Shown here: positions 39,012-48,122 of the stretch, one piece after another | Layout: the number at the start of each line of letters is the position of its first letter | Numbering within the stretch: position 1 is the stretch's first letter | Assembly (NCBI GenBank): GCA_965279375.1 | Contig: OZ257156.1 | Coordinates: forward strand, 224,001 to 288,000 | Direction: 5' to 3' | Source of the DNA: Gemmatimonas sp. | Lineage (GTDB): Bacteria; Gemmatimonadota; Gemmatimonadetes; Gemmatimonadales; Gemmatimonadaceae | DNA length: 64,000 nucleotides | Notes under the pieces: model-generated | Databases searched by the model: none | What the model was told of the DNA's origin: nothing | What the model saw: only the letters and a program-made list of their open reading frames with translations | Program-made: the position numbers and the translations under genes

Positions 39012-39953
39012 GTGGCAGCAGCCCGGAAGTCCCCAGCCAAGAAGGCCGCGAAGCGCGCGGCGAAGAAGACAGTGGCGAAGAAGCCGCCAAAGCTCACGCG
39101 ACGTGCCTGCGGAGCCATGCAGGCTCACATGCGGTTGCTCGAATCGAACCCGTCGTTTCGCGGCAACCAGTTCAAGCTCGAAGGCGATATCGCCAAGCTG
39201 CGCACGTCCGCGATCAACCTCGCGACAGTGCCCATCGCCACGATCAATGTGGTCGTCCACGTGGTATGGAACACACCGGAGCAGAACATCTCCGATGCGC
39301 AGATCAAGAGTCAGATCGCGACGCTGAACAAGGATTTTCGCGCGACCAACACCGACAAGTCCAAGACGCCGGCGCCGTGGAAGTCACTCGTGACGGATGC
39401 ACGCGTCAACTTTGTGCTCAAGAGCATCACACGCACGCAGACCAGCAAGACGTCGTTCAGCGACAACGACGGTGTGAAGAAAGCATCCACCGGCGGGAAG
39501 GCCCCCGTGGATACGAGCAAGTTCCTCAACCTGTGGGTCTGCAATCTCGCCGACGGTTTGCTGGGCTACGCACAATTCCCCGGTGGCCCCAAGGCCAGCG
39601 ACGGCGTCGTGATTCTCTATTCGGCGTTCGGTACGGTCGGCGCCGCGTCGGCGCCATTCAACAAGGGGCGCACTGCCACCCACGAGGTTGGGCACTATCT
39701 CAATCTCCGGCACATCTGGGGCGACACGGCAGACTGCAGCGGTACGGACATGGTGCCCGACACGCCCAATGCCGCCGGGCCCAACTTCAACAAGCCAACG
39801 TTCCCCGTGATCACCTGCAACAACGGCCCGAACGGCGACATGTTCATGAACTACATGGACTACGTGGACGATGCCGCGATGTTCATGTTCACCGCGCAGC
39901 AGGTACTCCGCATGCGCGCGACACTCAACGGACCGCGTCGGAAGCTGTGGTGA
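39012..39953 (+). CDS. M43 (pappalysin/ulilysin-like) zinc metalloprotease without signal peptide
   Basis: AAGGAGG RBS at 39001; RACG pro-segment cysteine; VVVHVV, LLGYAQFP, GRTATHEVGHYLNLRHIWGD, MFMNYMDY; Lys/Ala-rich N-terminus. Confidence 0.9.
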   Translation: MAAARKSPAKKAAKRAAKKTVAKKPPKLTRRACGAMQAHMRLLESNPSFRGNQFKLEGDIAKLRTSAINLATVPIATINVVVHVVWNTPEQNISDAQIKSQIATLNKDFRATNTDKSKTPAPWKSLVTDARVNFVLKSITRTQTSKTSFSDNDGVKKASTGGKAPVDTSKFLNLWVCNLADGLLGYAQFPGGPKASDGVVILYSAFGTVGAASAPFNKGRTATHEVGHYLNLRHIWGDTADCSGTDMVPDTPNAAGPNFNKPTFPVITCNNGPNGDMFMNYMDYVDDAAMFMFTAQQVLRMRATLNGPRRKLW

Positions 39954-40279
39954 GTATCGCCCCCGCGACGCTGCGCGAATTGACCGGCACCGCGTGGGTA
40001 CACGCGTTCGAGCAGGACGCGGGTGGAGACGAAGTGTATTGCCGCGCCGGAGAGCCGATTCCTCCGGCGCGGCGTCCGCGCGAACGACTGCAACTGCATC
40101 CGGACGGAACCGCAACAATCGGCAGCGGTGGAGCGGACGATCGGACTGTGCGGGCCAAGGCCACCTGGACCGTCGACGGCGATCACATCGTGGTCCATCG
40201 TGACGCGCCGGCACCAACGCGCAACAGCTATCGCATTACCGTGATCACCGCGACGCAGCTTCGTGTGCGCGTCACGTAG
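39950..40279 (+). CDS. Small hypothetical protein (109 aa, predicted beta-rich)
   Basis: GTG start overlaps the protease stop (GTGA); MSIAPATLRELTGTAWVHAFEQD...PPARRPRERLQL.PDG...ATW. Confidence 0.75.
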   Translation: MSIAPATLRELTGTAWVHAFEQDAGGDEVYCRAGEPIPPARRPRERLQLHPDGTATIGSGGADDRTVRAKATWTVDGDHIVVHRDAPAPTRNSYRITVITATQLRVRVT

Positions 40280-40306
40280 ACGACTGACCTTCACCGTCAG
40301 ACAGAC

Positions 40307-42364
40307 ATGCCCGCTCGCAAAGCGACGACCAAAAGCGCGAAGTCCAAACGTGCCGCAACCAAAGGCACGGCCGCCAAAGGGGCTGCCGCAAAAAGCGCTG
40401 TCGCCAAGAGCGCGACACAGAAGGCTCCGGCCACACCGCCGCCGTTCGAAATCAGTGACCGTGTGAAGTTGCAGGCCACGTCGCGTGCACACGGCTACGA
40501 CTACGCGCGTCCGCGCATGCTGCGTATCTACACGCTCGACCCGTCCGTATCATCGCTGCTGGGTGGTACGGCCACCGTCGCGGTGCCCTGCGAACCGCTT
40601 GCGCCCGGGCCGGTTGGATCGGTATTCGAAGTCGATGGCTCCGGCGCGCCGACTGCCGTGCGCAATGGAACGACGGGGCCGCTCTCGATCGACCTCGAGG
40701 CGCCGTCCGCGCTGATGTCTGCGGGACTCGCGCCGACGCCTGCCGACGGGCGCTTCCACCTGCAGATGGCGTACGCGGTCTGCAGTCTGACCTATGGAAT
40801 CTTTCAGCGCGCGCTTGGCCGTGAGATCATGTGGGCCAGCGGCTATCGCGCCAACGAGCGCGAACCATTTCGTCTGCGCATCATCCCGTTCGCATTGCGC
40901 GACGAGAAGAACGCCGCCTTCGATCAGGAACTGGGCTCGATCTCGTTTGGGTACTTTCGCGCGGGCAGCAACCCGGGCGGACACACGGTGCCCAAGGGAC
41001 TGATCTTCACGGCGCTCTCGCACGACGTGATCGCCCACGAAACCACGCATGCGCTCCTGCATGCACTGCGCGCGCAGTTCGCCACTCCGAGCAATCCGGA
41101 CGTGCTCGGCTTTCATGAGGGCTTCGCCGATATTGTCGCGCTGCTGATGCACTTCACGTACGCCGACGTCGTGCTCGAAGCGATGCGGGCGAGCAAGGGC
41201 GCCATCGCCAATGCCACGCTGCTCACGGATCTCGCCAGGCAGTTCGGCCAAGCGACCTCTCGACCCGGTGCCGCCTCCGCATTGCGGACCGCGCTCGACG
41301 TAACGAACGTGCACGCGTTCGACTCCGATGCATTTGCTGCTGGCACAGACGCCCCACTCCAGTACGCCCCGACGCTCGAAGCGCATCGCATGGGCTCGGT
41401 GCTCGTGTCGGCAGTGTTCGAAGCATTTGCCACCGTCCTGCGGCGACGGAGCGCACGCTACTTCCGCATCGCCGGCGTCGCGCCAAACGACGCGCGCGAA
41501 TCGGAGCTCTCCGACGATCTCGTGCGCGCACTCGCGGCAGAGGCCACCGAGACGGCTCGGCAGTTCCTCAACATCTGCATTCGCGCCATCGACTTCTGTC
41601 CGCCCGTGGACATCAAGCTGGGCGAGTATCTGCGCGCGCTGATCACGGCCGATGCGGATGTCGTGAGCGACGACAAGTACGGCTACCGCGAAGCGCTTAT
41701 GCGCTCCTTTCTCAGACGAAAGATCTATCCGGAGAAGCTCGAGTTCCTGTCGGAAGATGCGTTGCGCTGGAAGCCGCCCACGCTCGACACGCCGATCCCC
41801 GGCCTCGCGCTCTCTGACCTGCGCTTCGGAGCCGATTTCACCACGCCCGCTGGCGAAAAGGAGATGCTGCGCCGAGCCAACGCGCTCGGACGGTTCGTCG
41901 TGCGCCCTGAGGTGGCCAAGGCACTGCACCTGATTCCACTCGGCACCGCACTTCCCAAGCACATCGAGTACGCCGCACCCGTGCGCGTCGAATCGATTCG
42001 CACGACACGCCGCGTGACGCCGGATGGTCGCGTCGTGTTGGAGCTCGTGGCAGAAGTCACGCAGAGCTGCACGGTGCGCGTGGGCGCGGACCTGATGGAC
42101 TTCGCCGGCGGCTGCACGCTCATCATCGATCCGGCGGGCCGCATTCGCTATGCGATCTACAAGAATGTGCTCAGCACGTCGCGACCCAGCACGCAACACG
42201 CGGCGGTGACCGGCGCGCTCAGTGCATTCTGGCAACAGACCGACGGCAAGTTGACCACGCGCCCCAATCTCCTGCAGCAACTGCACCGGAGCGGCGCGGC
42301 CGTCCCGAAGCGAGCAACCAATCGCCGGAAATCATCAAACGGCAAACGAGGGGCAACGCGATGA
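40307..42364 (+). CDS. Gluzincin (M4/M36-like) metalloprotease without signal peptide
   Basis: LRIYTLDPS; SHDVIAHETTHALL; FHEGFADIVAL (third ligand ExxxD); EAHRMGSVL; Lys/Ala-rich N-terminus and basic C-terminus. Confidence 0.82.
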   Translation: MPARKATTKSAKSKRAATKGTAAKGAAAKSAVAKSATQKAPATPPPFEISDRVKLQATSRAHGYDYARPRMLRIYTLDPSVSSLLGGTATVAVPCEPLAPGPVGSVFEVDGSGAPTAVRNGTTGPLSIDLEAPSALMSAGLAPTPADGRFHLQMAYAVCSLTYGIFQRALGREIMWASGYRANEREPFRLRIIPFALRDEKNAAFDQELGSISFGYFRAGSNPGGHTVPKGLIFTALSHDVIAHETTHALLHALRAQFATPSNPDVLGFHEGFADIVALLMHFTYADVVLEAMRASKGAIANATLLTDLARQFGQATSRPGAASALRTALDVTNVHAFDSDAFAAGTDAPLQYAPTLEAHRMGSVLVSAVFEAFATVLRRRSARYFRIAGVAPNDARESELSDDLVRALAAEATETARQFLNICIRAIDFCPPVDIKLGEYLRALITADADVVSDDKYGYREALMRSFLRRKIYPEKLEFLSEDALRWKPPTLDTPIPGLALSDLRFGADFTTPAGEKEMLRRANALGRFVVRPEVAKALHLIPLGTALPKHIEYAAPVRVESIRTTRRVTPDGRVVLELVAEVTQSCTVRVGADLMDFAGGCTLIIDPAGRIRYAIYKNVLSTSRPSTQHAAVTGALSAFWQQTDGKLTTRPNLLQQLHRSGAAVPKRATNRRKSSNGKRGATR

Positions 42365-42438
42365 TGCGCTGCCCCTCGCTGCGGTGTTGCGAACGACCTA
42401 TCGCGTGTCGCGACTGATCGCTGCGATCGACCTGTGGA

Positions 42439-42909
42439 TCAGCGGCTGATCGTGAAGACGTACGCGGCCACGGCCTTGATCTGGTCGTCGGACAGCGGCG
42501 TGCGTCCGCCCTTGGCGGCCATCGCGAACTTGTGCGACGGATCCTTGATCTGATCCATCGGCACGCCGTTGATGATCGTCTTCACGATGTCATCATAGCT
42601 GCCGCTGCCGTGCTGCCACTTGATGCCCTTGAACGCGGGCGCGTTCGCCGCACCAACGCCGAGCTTCCCGTGGCAACGCTGGCAGTTGCCGTTGTTGAAG
42701 ATGGAATCGCCGAGGGTGACCATCGCCGTGGTGACGCCGGCGGGAAGCTTGTTGGACGGCGCGGCCTTGGCGGCAGCGGCGTTGTTGCTGGCGGGAGCCG
42801 GCTTGGCCGCGGCGCCGGCAGTCGCGCCGGTCTTGGCGCCACCGCCGCACGCGGCGGCCGCGGCCAGCGCGACGGCGACGAGCGCAACTCGAGATGCGTG
42901 ACGAATCAT
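42439..42909 (-). CDS. Monoheme c-type cytochrome lipoprotein
   Basis: Lipobox AAAC; CQRCH; distal Met (FAMAAKGG); LSDDQIKAVAAYV. Confidence 0.88.
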   Translation of the reverse strand: MIRHASRVALVAVALAAAAACGGGAKTGATAGAAAKPAPASNNAAAAKAAPSNKLPAGVTTAMVTLGDSIFNNGNCQRCHGKLGVGAANAPAFKGIKWQHGSGSYDDIVKTIINGVPMDQIKDPSHKFAMAAKGGRTPLSDDQIKAVAAYVFTISR

Positions 42910-43110
42910 CGGACGGGGAGGGTTGGATAGGTGTCGGTAATAGGCGGGACGGGCACATTATGCGCGCTCGCCACGGCGGCGGCTAGGTGCGCGCGGGATG
43001 TCCATCGGACGCCGTGAGATGCCCATGGGCACCACGTCCGACTATTGTTCCTGTCTTGTCGCCGGTTCGTCACGGCCGCTGCACTCTTCCGCCCCGCTCC
43101 GAATTCCGTC

Positions 43111-43599
43111 ATGGCCACCCCGTCTCCTTTTCGCTCGCTCCCGTCCGATCGTCGTGTGGCGCTCATTCAGCACGCCATCACGGCGCACAAGGGAGCGCGC
43201 GCAACGTATATCCAGCGCTTGGTCGCGCGTGGCGGCGGCTTTCGTGCGGCAACGCTGCAGAGCTGGGCTGCCGATCGGTTGGCCCGTGAAGTGGTGCGTC
43301 TGAACGCACAGAACGCGTTCGACGAGCTGGAACTGCTGCAGCTCCTGTACGTGGACCTCGAGCCGGCCACGCAGATCACCTTCCTCGATGCCGCCGGCGT
43401 GCCGCATGAGAACGGCGTGATGGACGAGAAGCTCGAAGCGCCGTACGCTGATGCCGCCGCCGTGTCGCGAGGTGCACACGCCGTGCTTGCCGCGCACGGT
43501 GAAGACGGACGCCGATATCTGCGCACCCTCGCCCGCTACAACCTCGCCGCCTGGCCGGAACTCGACACGCTGCTGGCGACGCTGGACGCCGAGAGCTGA
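43111..43599 (+). CDS. Hypothetical protein
   Basis: Codon usage matches neighbours and it fills the gap between divergent/convergent genes; no recognised motif. Confidence 0.7.
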   Translation: MATPSPFRSLPSDRRVALIQHAITAHKGARATYIQRLVARGGGFRAATLQSWAADRLAREVVRLNAQNAFDELELLQLLYVDLEPATQITFLDAAGVPHENGVMDEKLEAPYADAAAVSRGAHAVLAAHGEDGRRYLRTLARYNLAAWPELDTLLATLDAES

Positions 43600-43603
43600 G
43601 CGA

Positions 43604-44770
43604 TCAGTCGGCGCGTGGGTCGCTGTGCACCAACGACTGTAGATCGATGAAGTGCAACGCCGGCGCCAACTGCTCCCCCAGCAGAAGGCGCCGCGCCACA
43701 TGCCCCACCGAGCCCGCAGCAAAGCGCGCTTCACTCGCCAACTGCGGGTAGCCGCACAGCCGCGTCTCGAGCGCCAACAACGACTGGCGTGATCGCTCCG
43801 AGATGCGATCCCACCCACCGAGCCACTCCGTCAAAGCACGATAGAACTCGATCGTGCTGCTGTATGCGCTCCGCGGCTTCGGCGGCTCCGACACGCGCCC
43901 GTGAAACATCGGCAGCCCGGCAACATTGCCGTATGGCTCGATGCTCAGGAATCCGTTTTCATCGGCCGCGTAGGTGAGATTGAGCCGCTCGCGCATCGCC
44001 CACTCGCGCGCCGCGTGCTTGATCGGCAGCCCGTCGCACTCCTCGAGCAGCAGGTCGAGTCCCTGCATGAAGGTCGGCAGATTCTCCGTCGTGATGCCGT
44101 CGGCGAAGACGATCACGCGCAGATACGGATCGATGCGGGCGATGCGCCGCGCGACGATATGCGCCTTGTTGTGCCCCAGCTCGTCCACGCCGGCATGCAA
44201 CCGATTGAGGTTGGAGAGATCGAGCCGATCGAAATCGGCGATCACGATCTCCCCGCACAGGTGCTCCTGCGCGACGGTCACCGCGGCCTCACCGCCAACG
44301 GACAACCCCATCACGCCGATGCGCTTGGTGCGCAGTAACGCCTGCTCCTCCTCCGTGATCTTGTCGTGATTGCGATTGGTGATCACCGCGAAGTACGCGT
44401 TGGGCGGCAGCAGGTGCACGAGTGTGCGCATCCATCCAAACCAGACCCACAACCCCAGCACGTCGGTGCCACCCTCCCTCGATTCCACGGCCGCACGCAT
44501 TGCCAAACGTTCGTTCGCCTGACTCGGAGACGGGTAGCGAATCGCGCTGAAGTCGTCGAGCTGCCGAGCGATTTCGTCCACGCAGCGAAACTGCTGCGCG
44601 GACACGAGCTGATCGAGTCGCGCGCGCTCGCCCGGTGCGAGCGTCACGAAGAGCGGACTCCAGTCGCACTCGGCCGGCAGCGAGTCGCGCTCGAGCGCTT
44701 CCGCAAAATCGGTCAACGACCACGGCGCGTACCGCGCGCGATCGGATCGCTGCGCGTCGATGAGCGACAT
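43604..44770 (-). CDS. ThiF-family adenylyltransferase, Rv1355c-like, without the C-terminal nitroreductase domain
   Basis: WVWFGW, TNRNHDKITEEEQ..L..KRIGVMGLSVG, ADFDRLDLSNLNRL, NKA, EECD, YPQLAS; ATG overlaps the upstream stop (TGATG). Confidence 0.85.
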   Translation of the reverse strand: MSLIDAQRSDRARYAPWSLTDFAEALERDSLPAECDWSPLFVTLAPGERARLDQLVSAQQFRCVDEIARQLDDFSAIRYPSPSQANERLAMRAAVESREGGTDVLGLWVWFGWMRTLVHLLPPNAYFAVITNRNHDKITEEEQALLRTKRIGVMGLSVGGEAAVTVAQEHLCGEIVIADFDRLDLSNLNRLHAGVDELGHNKAHIVARRIARIDPYLRVIVFADGITTENLPTFMQGLDLLLEECDGLPIKHAAREWAMRERLNLTYAADENGFLSIEPYGNVAGLPMFHGRVSEPPKPRSAYSSTIEFYRALTEWLGGWDRISERSRQSLLALETRLCGYPQLASEARFAAGSVGHVARRLLLGEQLAPALHFIDLQSLVHSDPRAD

Positions 44771-45765
44771 CACAGCGACTTCTCCCACGTCTCGCCCATC
44801 TGCTTGATGCCGAACTCCTCGTGCTCGTGCGACTCGACCATCACGAAGCCTTCGGTCTTGTAGATGTTGCGCGCCGCCTTGAGCACCGAGTTCGTCCACA
44901 ATGTCATGCGTCGGTATCCGCACTGCCTGGCGAATTGCAGACACTCCTGAACCAGCTGACGACCCACCCCCAATCCGCGGGCCGATGGCTCCACATACAA
45001 CAGTCGCAGCTTGGCCACCTGTCGCGACTTGCGGACCACCATCACCGAGCCGACGACCTGTCCGTCTCGCTCGGCGATCCAGCAACGCTCCCAGAACGGA
45101 TCGTAGTTGGCAATGAAGTGCGCCACGACTTCGGCCACCAACCCTTCGAAGAGTCGTCCGTAGCCGTACTCTTGCTCGTACAGCACAGACTGGCGGTGTA
45201 CGAGGTAGCCCAGCTCGCCCGGCAGCGGTTCGCGCAATGTGAACGGTCGCGCTCCTTCGCGCGGAGGCATGAGCAGCTGCTCGATCGTGTCCATCGCACT
45301 GATGACGCGCTGTCGATCGACGGCCGGCAGGGCGTTCAGGATCGCCGATGACACCGCATGCGATTGCGTATTGAGCGAGGTGAACGCGCGACGCCCGGCG
45401 GCCGTCAACGAGAGCTCCATGTGCCGCGCATCGTGAGCGGCACGCGTACGAGACAGCAACTTCTGTCGCGCGAGTCCGTTCAACACCCGGCTCAGGTATC
45501 CTTGATCGAGATCCAGCACCTCGGCGAGTTCCGCGGCCGTCGGCTTGGTGCGCTGCGCGAGCTCGTAGAGCACCCGCGACTCGGTCAACGTGTACGGCGA
45601 ATCGAGCAACCCTTCGCGCAGCACGCCGATGTGGCGCGTGTAGAAGCGGTTGAAGCGCCGCATCGCCGACGCCTGTTCGTGAATCGCGATCGCGCGCTGC
45701 GCAGCGTGTGCGGACCGAGGCTTTGCTACAGACTTGGCGGTAGCGCCAACGCGGCGTGGGGGCAT
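44770..45765 (-). CDS. Bifunctional MarR-type HTH regulator / GNAT acetyltransferase
   Basis: RRFNRFYT..IGVL...LTESRVLYEL...LDQGYLSR; ERCWIAE, AKLRLLYVEPSARGLGVG, LWTNSVL.AAR.IY...GF. Start uncertain (45852, 45765 or 45663). Confidence 0.9.
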   Translation of the reverse strand: MPPRRVGATAKSVAKPRSAHAAQRAIAIHEQASAMRRFNRFYTRHIGVLREGLLDSPYTLTESRVLYELAQRTKPTAAELAEVLDLDQGYLSRVLNGLARQKLLSRTRAAHDARHMELSLTAAGRRAFTSLNTQSHAVSSAILNALPAVDRQRVISAMDTIEQLLMPPREGARPFTLREPLPGELGYLVHRQSVLYEQEYGYGRLFEGLVAEVVAHFIANYDPFWERCWIAERDGQVVGSVMVVRKSRQVAKLRLLYVEPSARGLGVGRQLVQECLQFARQCGYRRMTLWTNSVLKAARNIYKTEGFVMVESHEHEEFGIKQMGETWEKSL

Positions 45766-45880
45766 AGAGGCTCCGAGGCGGTGCGAATGTCGAGTGATTG
45801 GCGAGAGTATCGGCCAATTAGTTGCCTTTGGCAAGTATTGGGTTTCTGCCACTTCGACTTTGCTCCGCGCCGCCAGTCGC

Positions 45881-47194
45881 CTACCGACCTTCGCGGTCCC
45901 TGCCCTGCCCCGCCAGCGCGTACACCGCAGCGCCGCTGGCCAGCGTCAGCACCGCCGCCCCCAGCACCAGCGGACGCTGCAGCAGCACGAACACCAGCAT
46001 CCACACACTCAGCGCAATGAACAGCATCGGCGTGAAGGGATAGCCCGGCACCAGGAACGGTCGGTCCAACTGCGGCTCCGTACGACGCAGGCGCAACAGT
46101 CCCATCACCGTCACAAGGCTCGAGAGGTTGAGCACGAACCCGGCGTAGGCGAGCACCGTCTCGAAGGCGCCGGTCAGCAGCAGCACGGCGACCAGCGCGA
46201 ACTGCAAGGCGAGCGCCGCGCGCGGCACGCCGTTGCTCGAAACGGCACCGATTCGTGCGAGGCGCGGAGTGCCCGCACACACTGCCTGTGTGGCGCGCGA
46301 ACCCGCCAACGTGAGCCCACTGATCCTCGCCACCAACGTCATCGCGATCACGCCGCTCATCCAACGTCCGCCAGCGTCACCAGCGATGCGAGAGGCAGAC
46401 AGCGCGCCGACTTCCACCGTGCCACCCAACGCCGACAGCGGCACCGTCCGCAGGAACACCCAATTGAGAAGCACATACAACGCAGCCACAACGCCAACGC
46501 TACCCGTCACGGTGCGAGGAATCAGCCGGTGCGGATCCTTCACATCGCCCGCGATGTAGCCGATGGAATTCCAGCCGGTGTACGCGTAGATGACGTAGAT
46601 CAACGATACGGCATACGGCGCGCTCACGATCTCGGCAAATGCAGCACGTGTCGGCGCGAACGAGAGCGGCTGCACGGGTCCGATCGCCAGACCGAGGACG
46701 ATGAAGCTGGCGATCAGCACCACCGTAGCCGTCGTGGCGAATACTTGCAGTCGACGCGCCGCACGCAGCGTGCTCCAATGCACGATCGCCACGAACACCA
46801 GCACGGCGAGTGACGCCTGCATCTCCGTCACAGGAAGCAGCGCCGACGCATAGCGCCCAAAGGCGATGCCGGCGAGTGCGATCGGCGCGGCAAATCCCGC
46901 GGTCATCGACACCCATCCGCCGAGGAATCCGACCCACGGCCTCCAGGCACGACCGAGATAGACGAACTCTCCTCCCGAGTGCGGAAGCGCCGCGCCCAGT
47001 TCCGCGTACGACAGCGCGCCGGTGAGCGAGAGCACGGCGCCGAACACCCAGAGCGAGAGCAGCGCGAAACCTTCGTGCACCGTCAGCACCTGAAAGCCCA
47101 ACGCCGTGAACACGCCGGTGCCCACCATGTTCGAGATGAGCATTGCGAACGCCGTCGCCGCGCCCACGCCGCGCGCGGAGTGCGTCGTCGTCAC
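45881..47194 (-). CDS. APC family amino acid permease
   Basis: NMVGTGVF, YAELGAALPHSGGEFVYL, YAYTGWN, RPFLVPGYP; about 12 TM segments. Confidence 0.9.
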   Translation of the reverse strand: MTTTHSARGVGAATAFAMLISNMVGTGVFTALGFQVLTVHEGFALLSLWVFGAVLSLTGALSYAELGAALPHSGGEFVYLGRAWRPWVGFLGGWVSMTAGFAAPIALAGIAFGRYASALLPVTEMQASLAVLVFVAIVHWSTLRAARRLQVFATTATVVLIASFIVLGLAIGPVQPLSFAPTRAAFAEIVSAPYAVSLIYVIYAYTGWNSIGYIAGDVKDPHRLIPRTVTGSVGVVAALYVLLNWVFLRTVPLSALGGTVEVGALSASRIAGDAGGRWMSGVIAMTLVARISGLTLAGSRATQAVCAGTPRLARIGAVSSNGVPRAALALQFALVAVLLLTGAFETVLAYAGFVLNLSSLVTVMGLLRLRRTEPQLDRPFLVPGYPFTPMLFIALSVWMLVFVLLQRPLVLGAAVLTLASGAAVYALAGQGRDREGR

Positions 47195-47229
47195 TCAGCG
47201 CTCATCGGTCGGCGCGCATCGCTCGGCGC

Positions 47230-47853
47230 TCATCGCGTCGACATGCCGTCCATGCCGGGCATGTGCGCATGCCCGCTATCGGGTGGAGTCGGGCCCGGTG
47301 CGGTGGACTCCGGTGTATCGGAGAGATGCTCCTGCACAATGCGCCAGCGACCATTCTCGCGTCGCCAGAAGGTGGTCCACGCGCCGCTCACGATGTGCGG
47401 CGTGTTCATCGGCGTGCGATGCGGGATGCGATACGTGAAGGTCATCAGCGCGGCATCGCGCGTGATGATGTCCACGTAGCGCGATCCGAATTCGAACGTG
47501 GGACCGCGCATGTTCTGCCCGACGCGCTCCCAGAATCCCGCGATCTCCGTCGCGAGCGCGGCACGCGTTGTCGTCACGCGTCCGGCGGCGGCGGAGATGA
47601 CGCGGCCGCTGTCGGCGTAGAGGCTCAACAGGCGCGTGGCGGCGTCGGGACGCGAGAAATCGTACGCCTGTTCCACCATCTGCTGCAGCGTGTCGGCGAT
47701 GGCCTGACGCTCGCTCGGCGCGAGTCGATCGCTGGGGCGACACCCTTGAAGCGAAGTGCCCATCATCGCGAAGGCGATGAGCAGCAGTAGTACCACGTGG
47801 CGGCGCGCCAACCCGACGAGAGGTCGGCGATGCACAGGCGAGGACGGAGTCAT
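47230..47853 (-). CDS. NTF2-like (SnoaL/DUF4440) lipoprotein
   Basis: Lipobox LQGC; C-terminal W.TFWRRENGRWRIVQEHLS; His/Met-rich tail. Confidence 0.75.
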   Translation of the reverse strand: MTPSSPVHRRPLVGLARRHVVLLLLIAFAMMGTSLQGCRPSDRLAPSERQAIADTLQQMVEQAYDFSRPDAATRLLSLYADSGRVISAAAGRVTTTRAALATEIAGFWERVGQNMRGPTFEFGSRYVDIITRDAALMTFTYRIPHRTPMNTPHIVSGAWTTFWRRENGRWRIVQEHLSDTPESTAPGPTPPDSGHAHMPGMDGMSTR

Positions 47854-47991
47854 GCGCAAACTTGGCGACCGGGACGCGCGCGCGCCTAGTCGCCTGGCTG
47901 TCTCATTCCAAGGACGGTGGGCTGTCCTGCATCCGGGACGTTCGACGCCGCATCTGGCACCCGTTGAGTCGTGTTCCATTCCACCGTCTTG

Positions 47992-48006
47992 TGGCGTGGC
48001 TTTTGC
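47992..48006 (+). promoter_or_regulatory. Possible sigma54 (-24/-12) promoter
   Basis: TGGCGTGGCTTTTGC (GG-N10-GC ending in TTGC), about 115 nt upstream of 48123. Confidence 0.35.
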
Positions 48007-48122
48007 CACGTTCTGTTTCCGATAGCGCGCGTCGGCCAGCCTCCACGGAGCCGGCGACCAGCAGCTGGTCATGACCTGAACACCCGTCGTTGTCACGGCC
48101 CCTACGGGCCACGGAGGAGCTG

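Noticed and set aside
38546..40279. 577-aa ORF spanning the DinB-family gene and the M43 protease
   Set aside because: Only the last 109 codons look real; the rest is an alternative frame over established genes.
43604..45817. 737-aa ORF suggesting a long N-terminal extension on ThiF
   Set aside because: The upstream part overlaps the MarR-GNAT gene in another frame and looks non-coding; ThiF most plausibly starts at ATG 44770, coupled to the GNAT stop.
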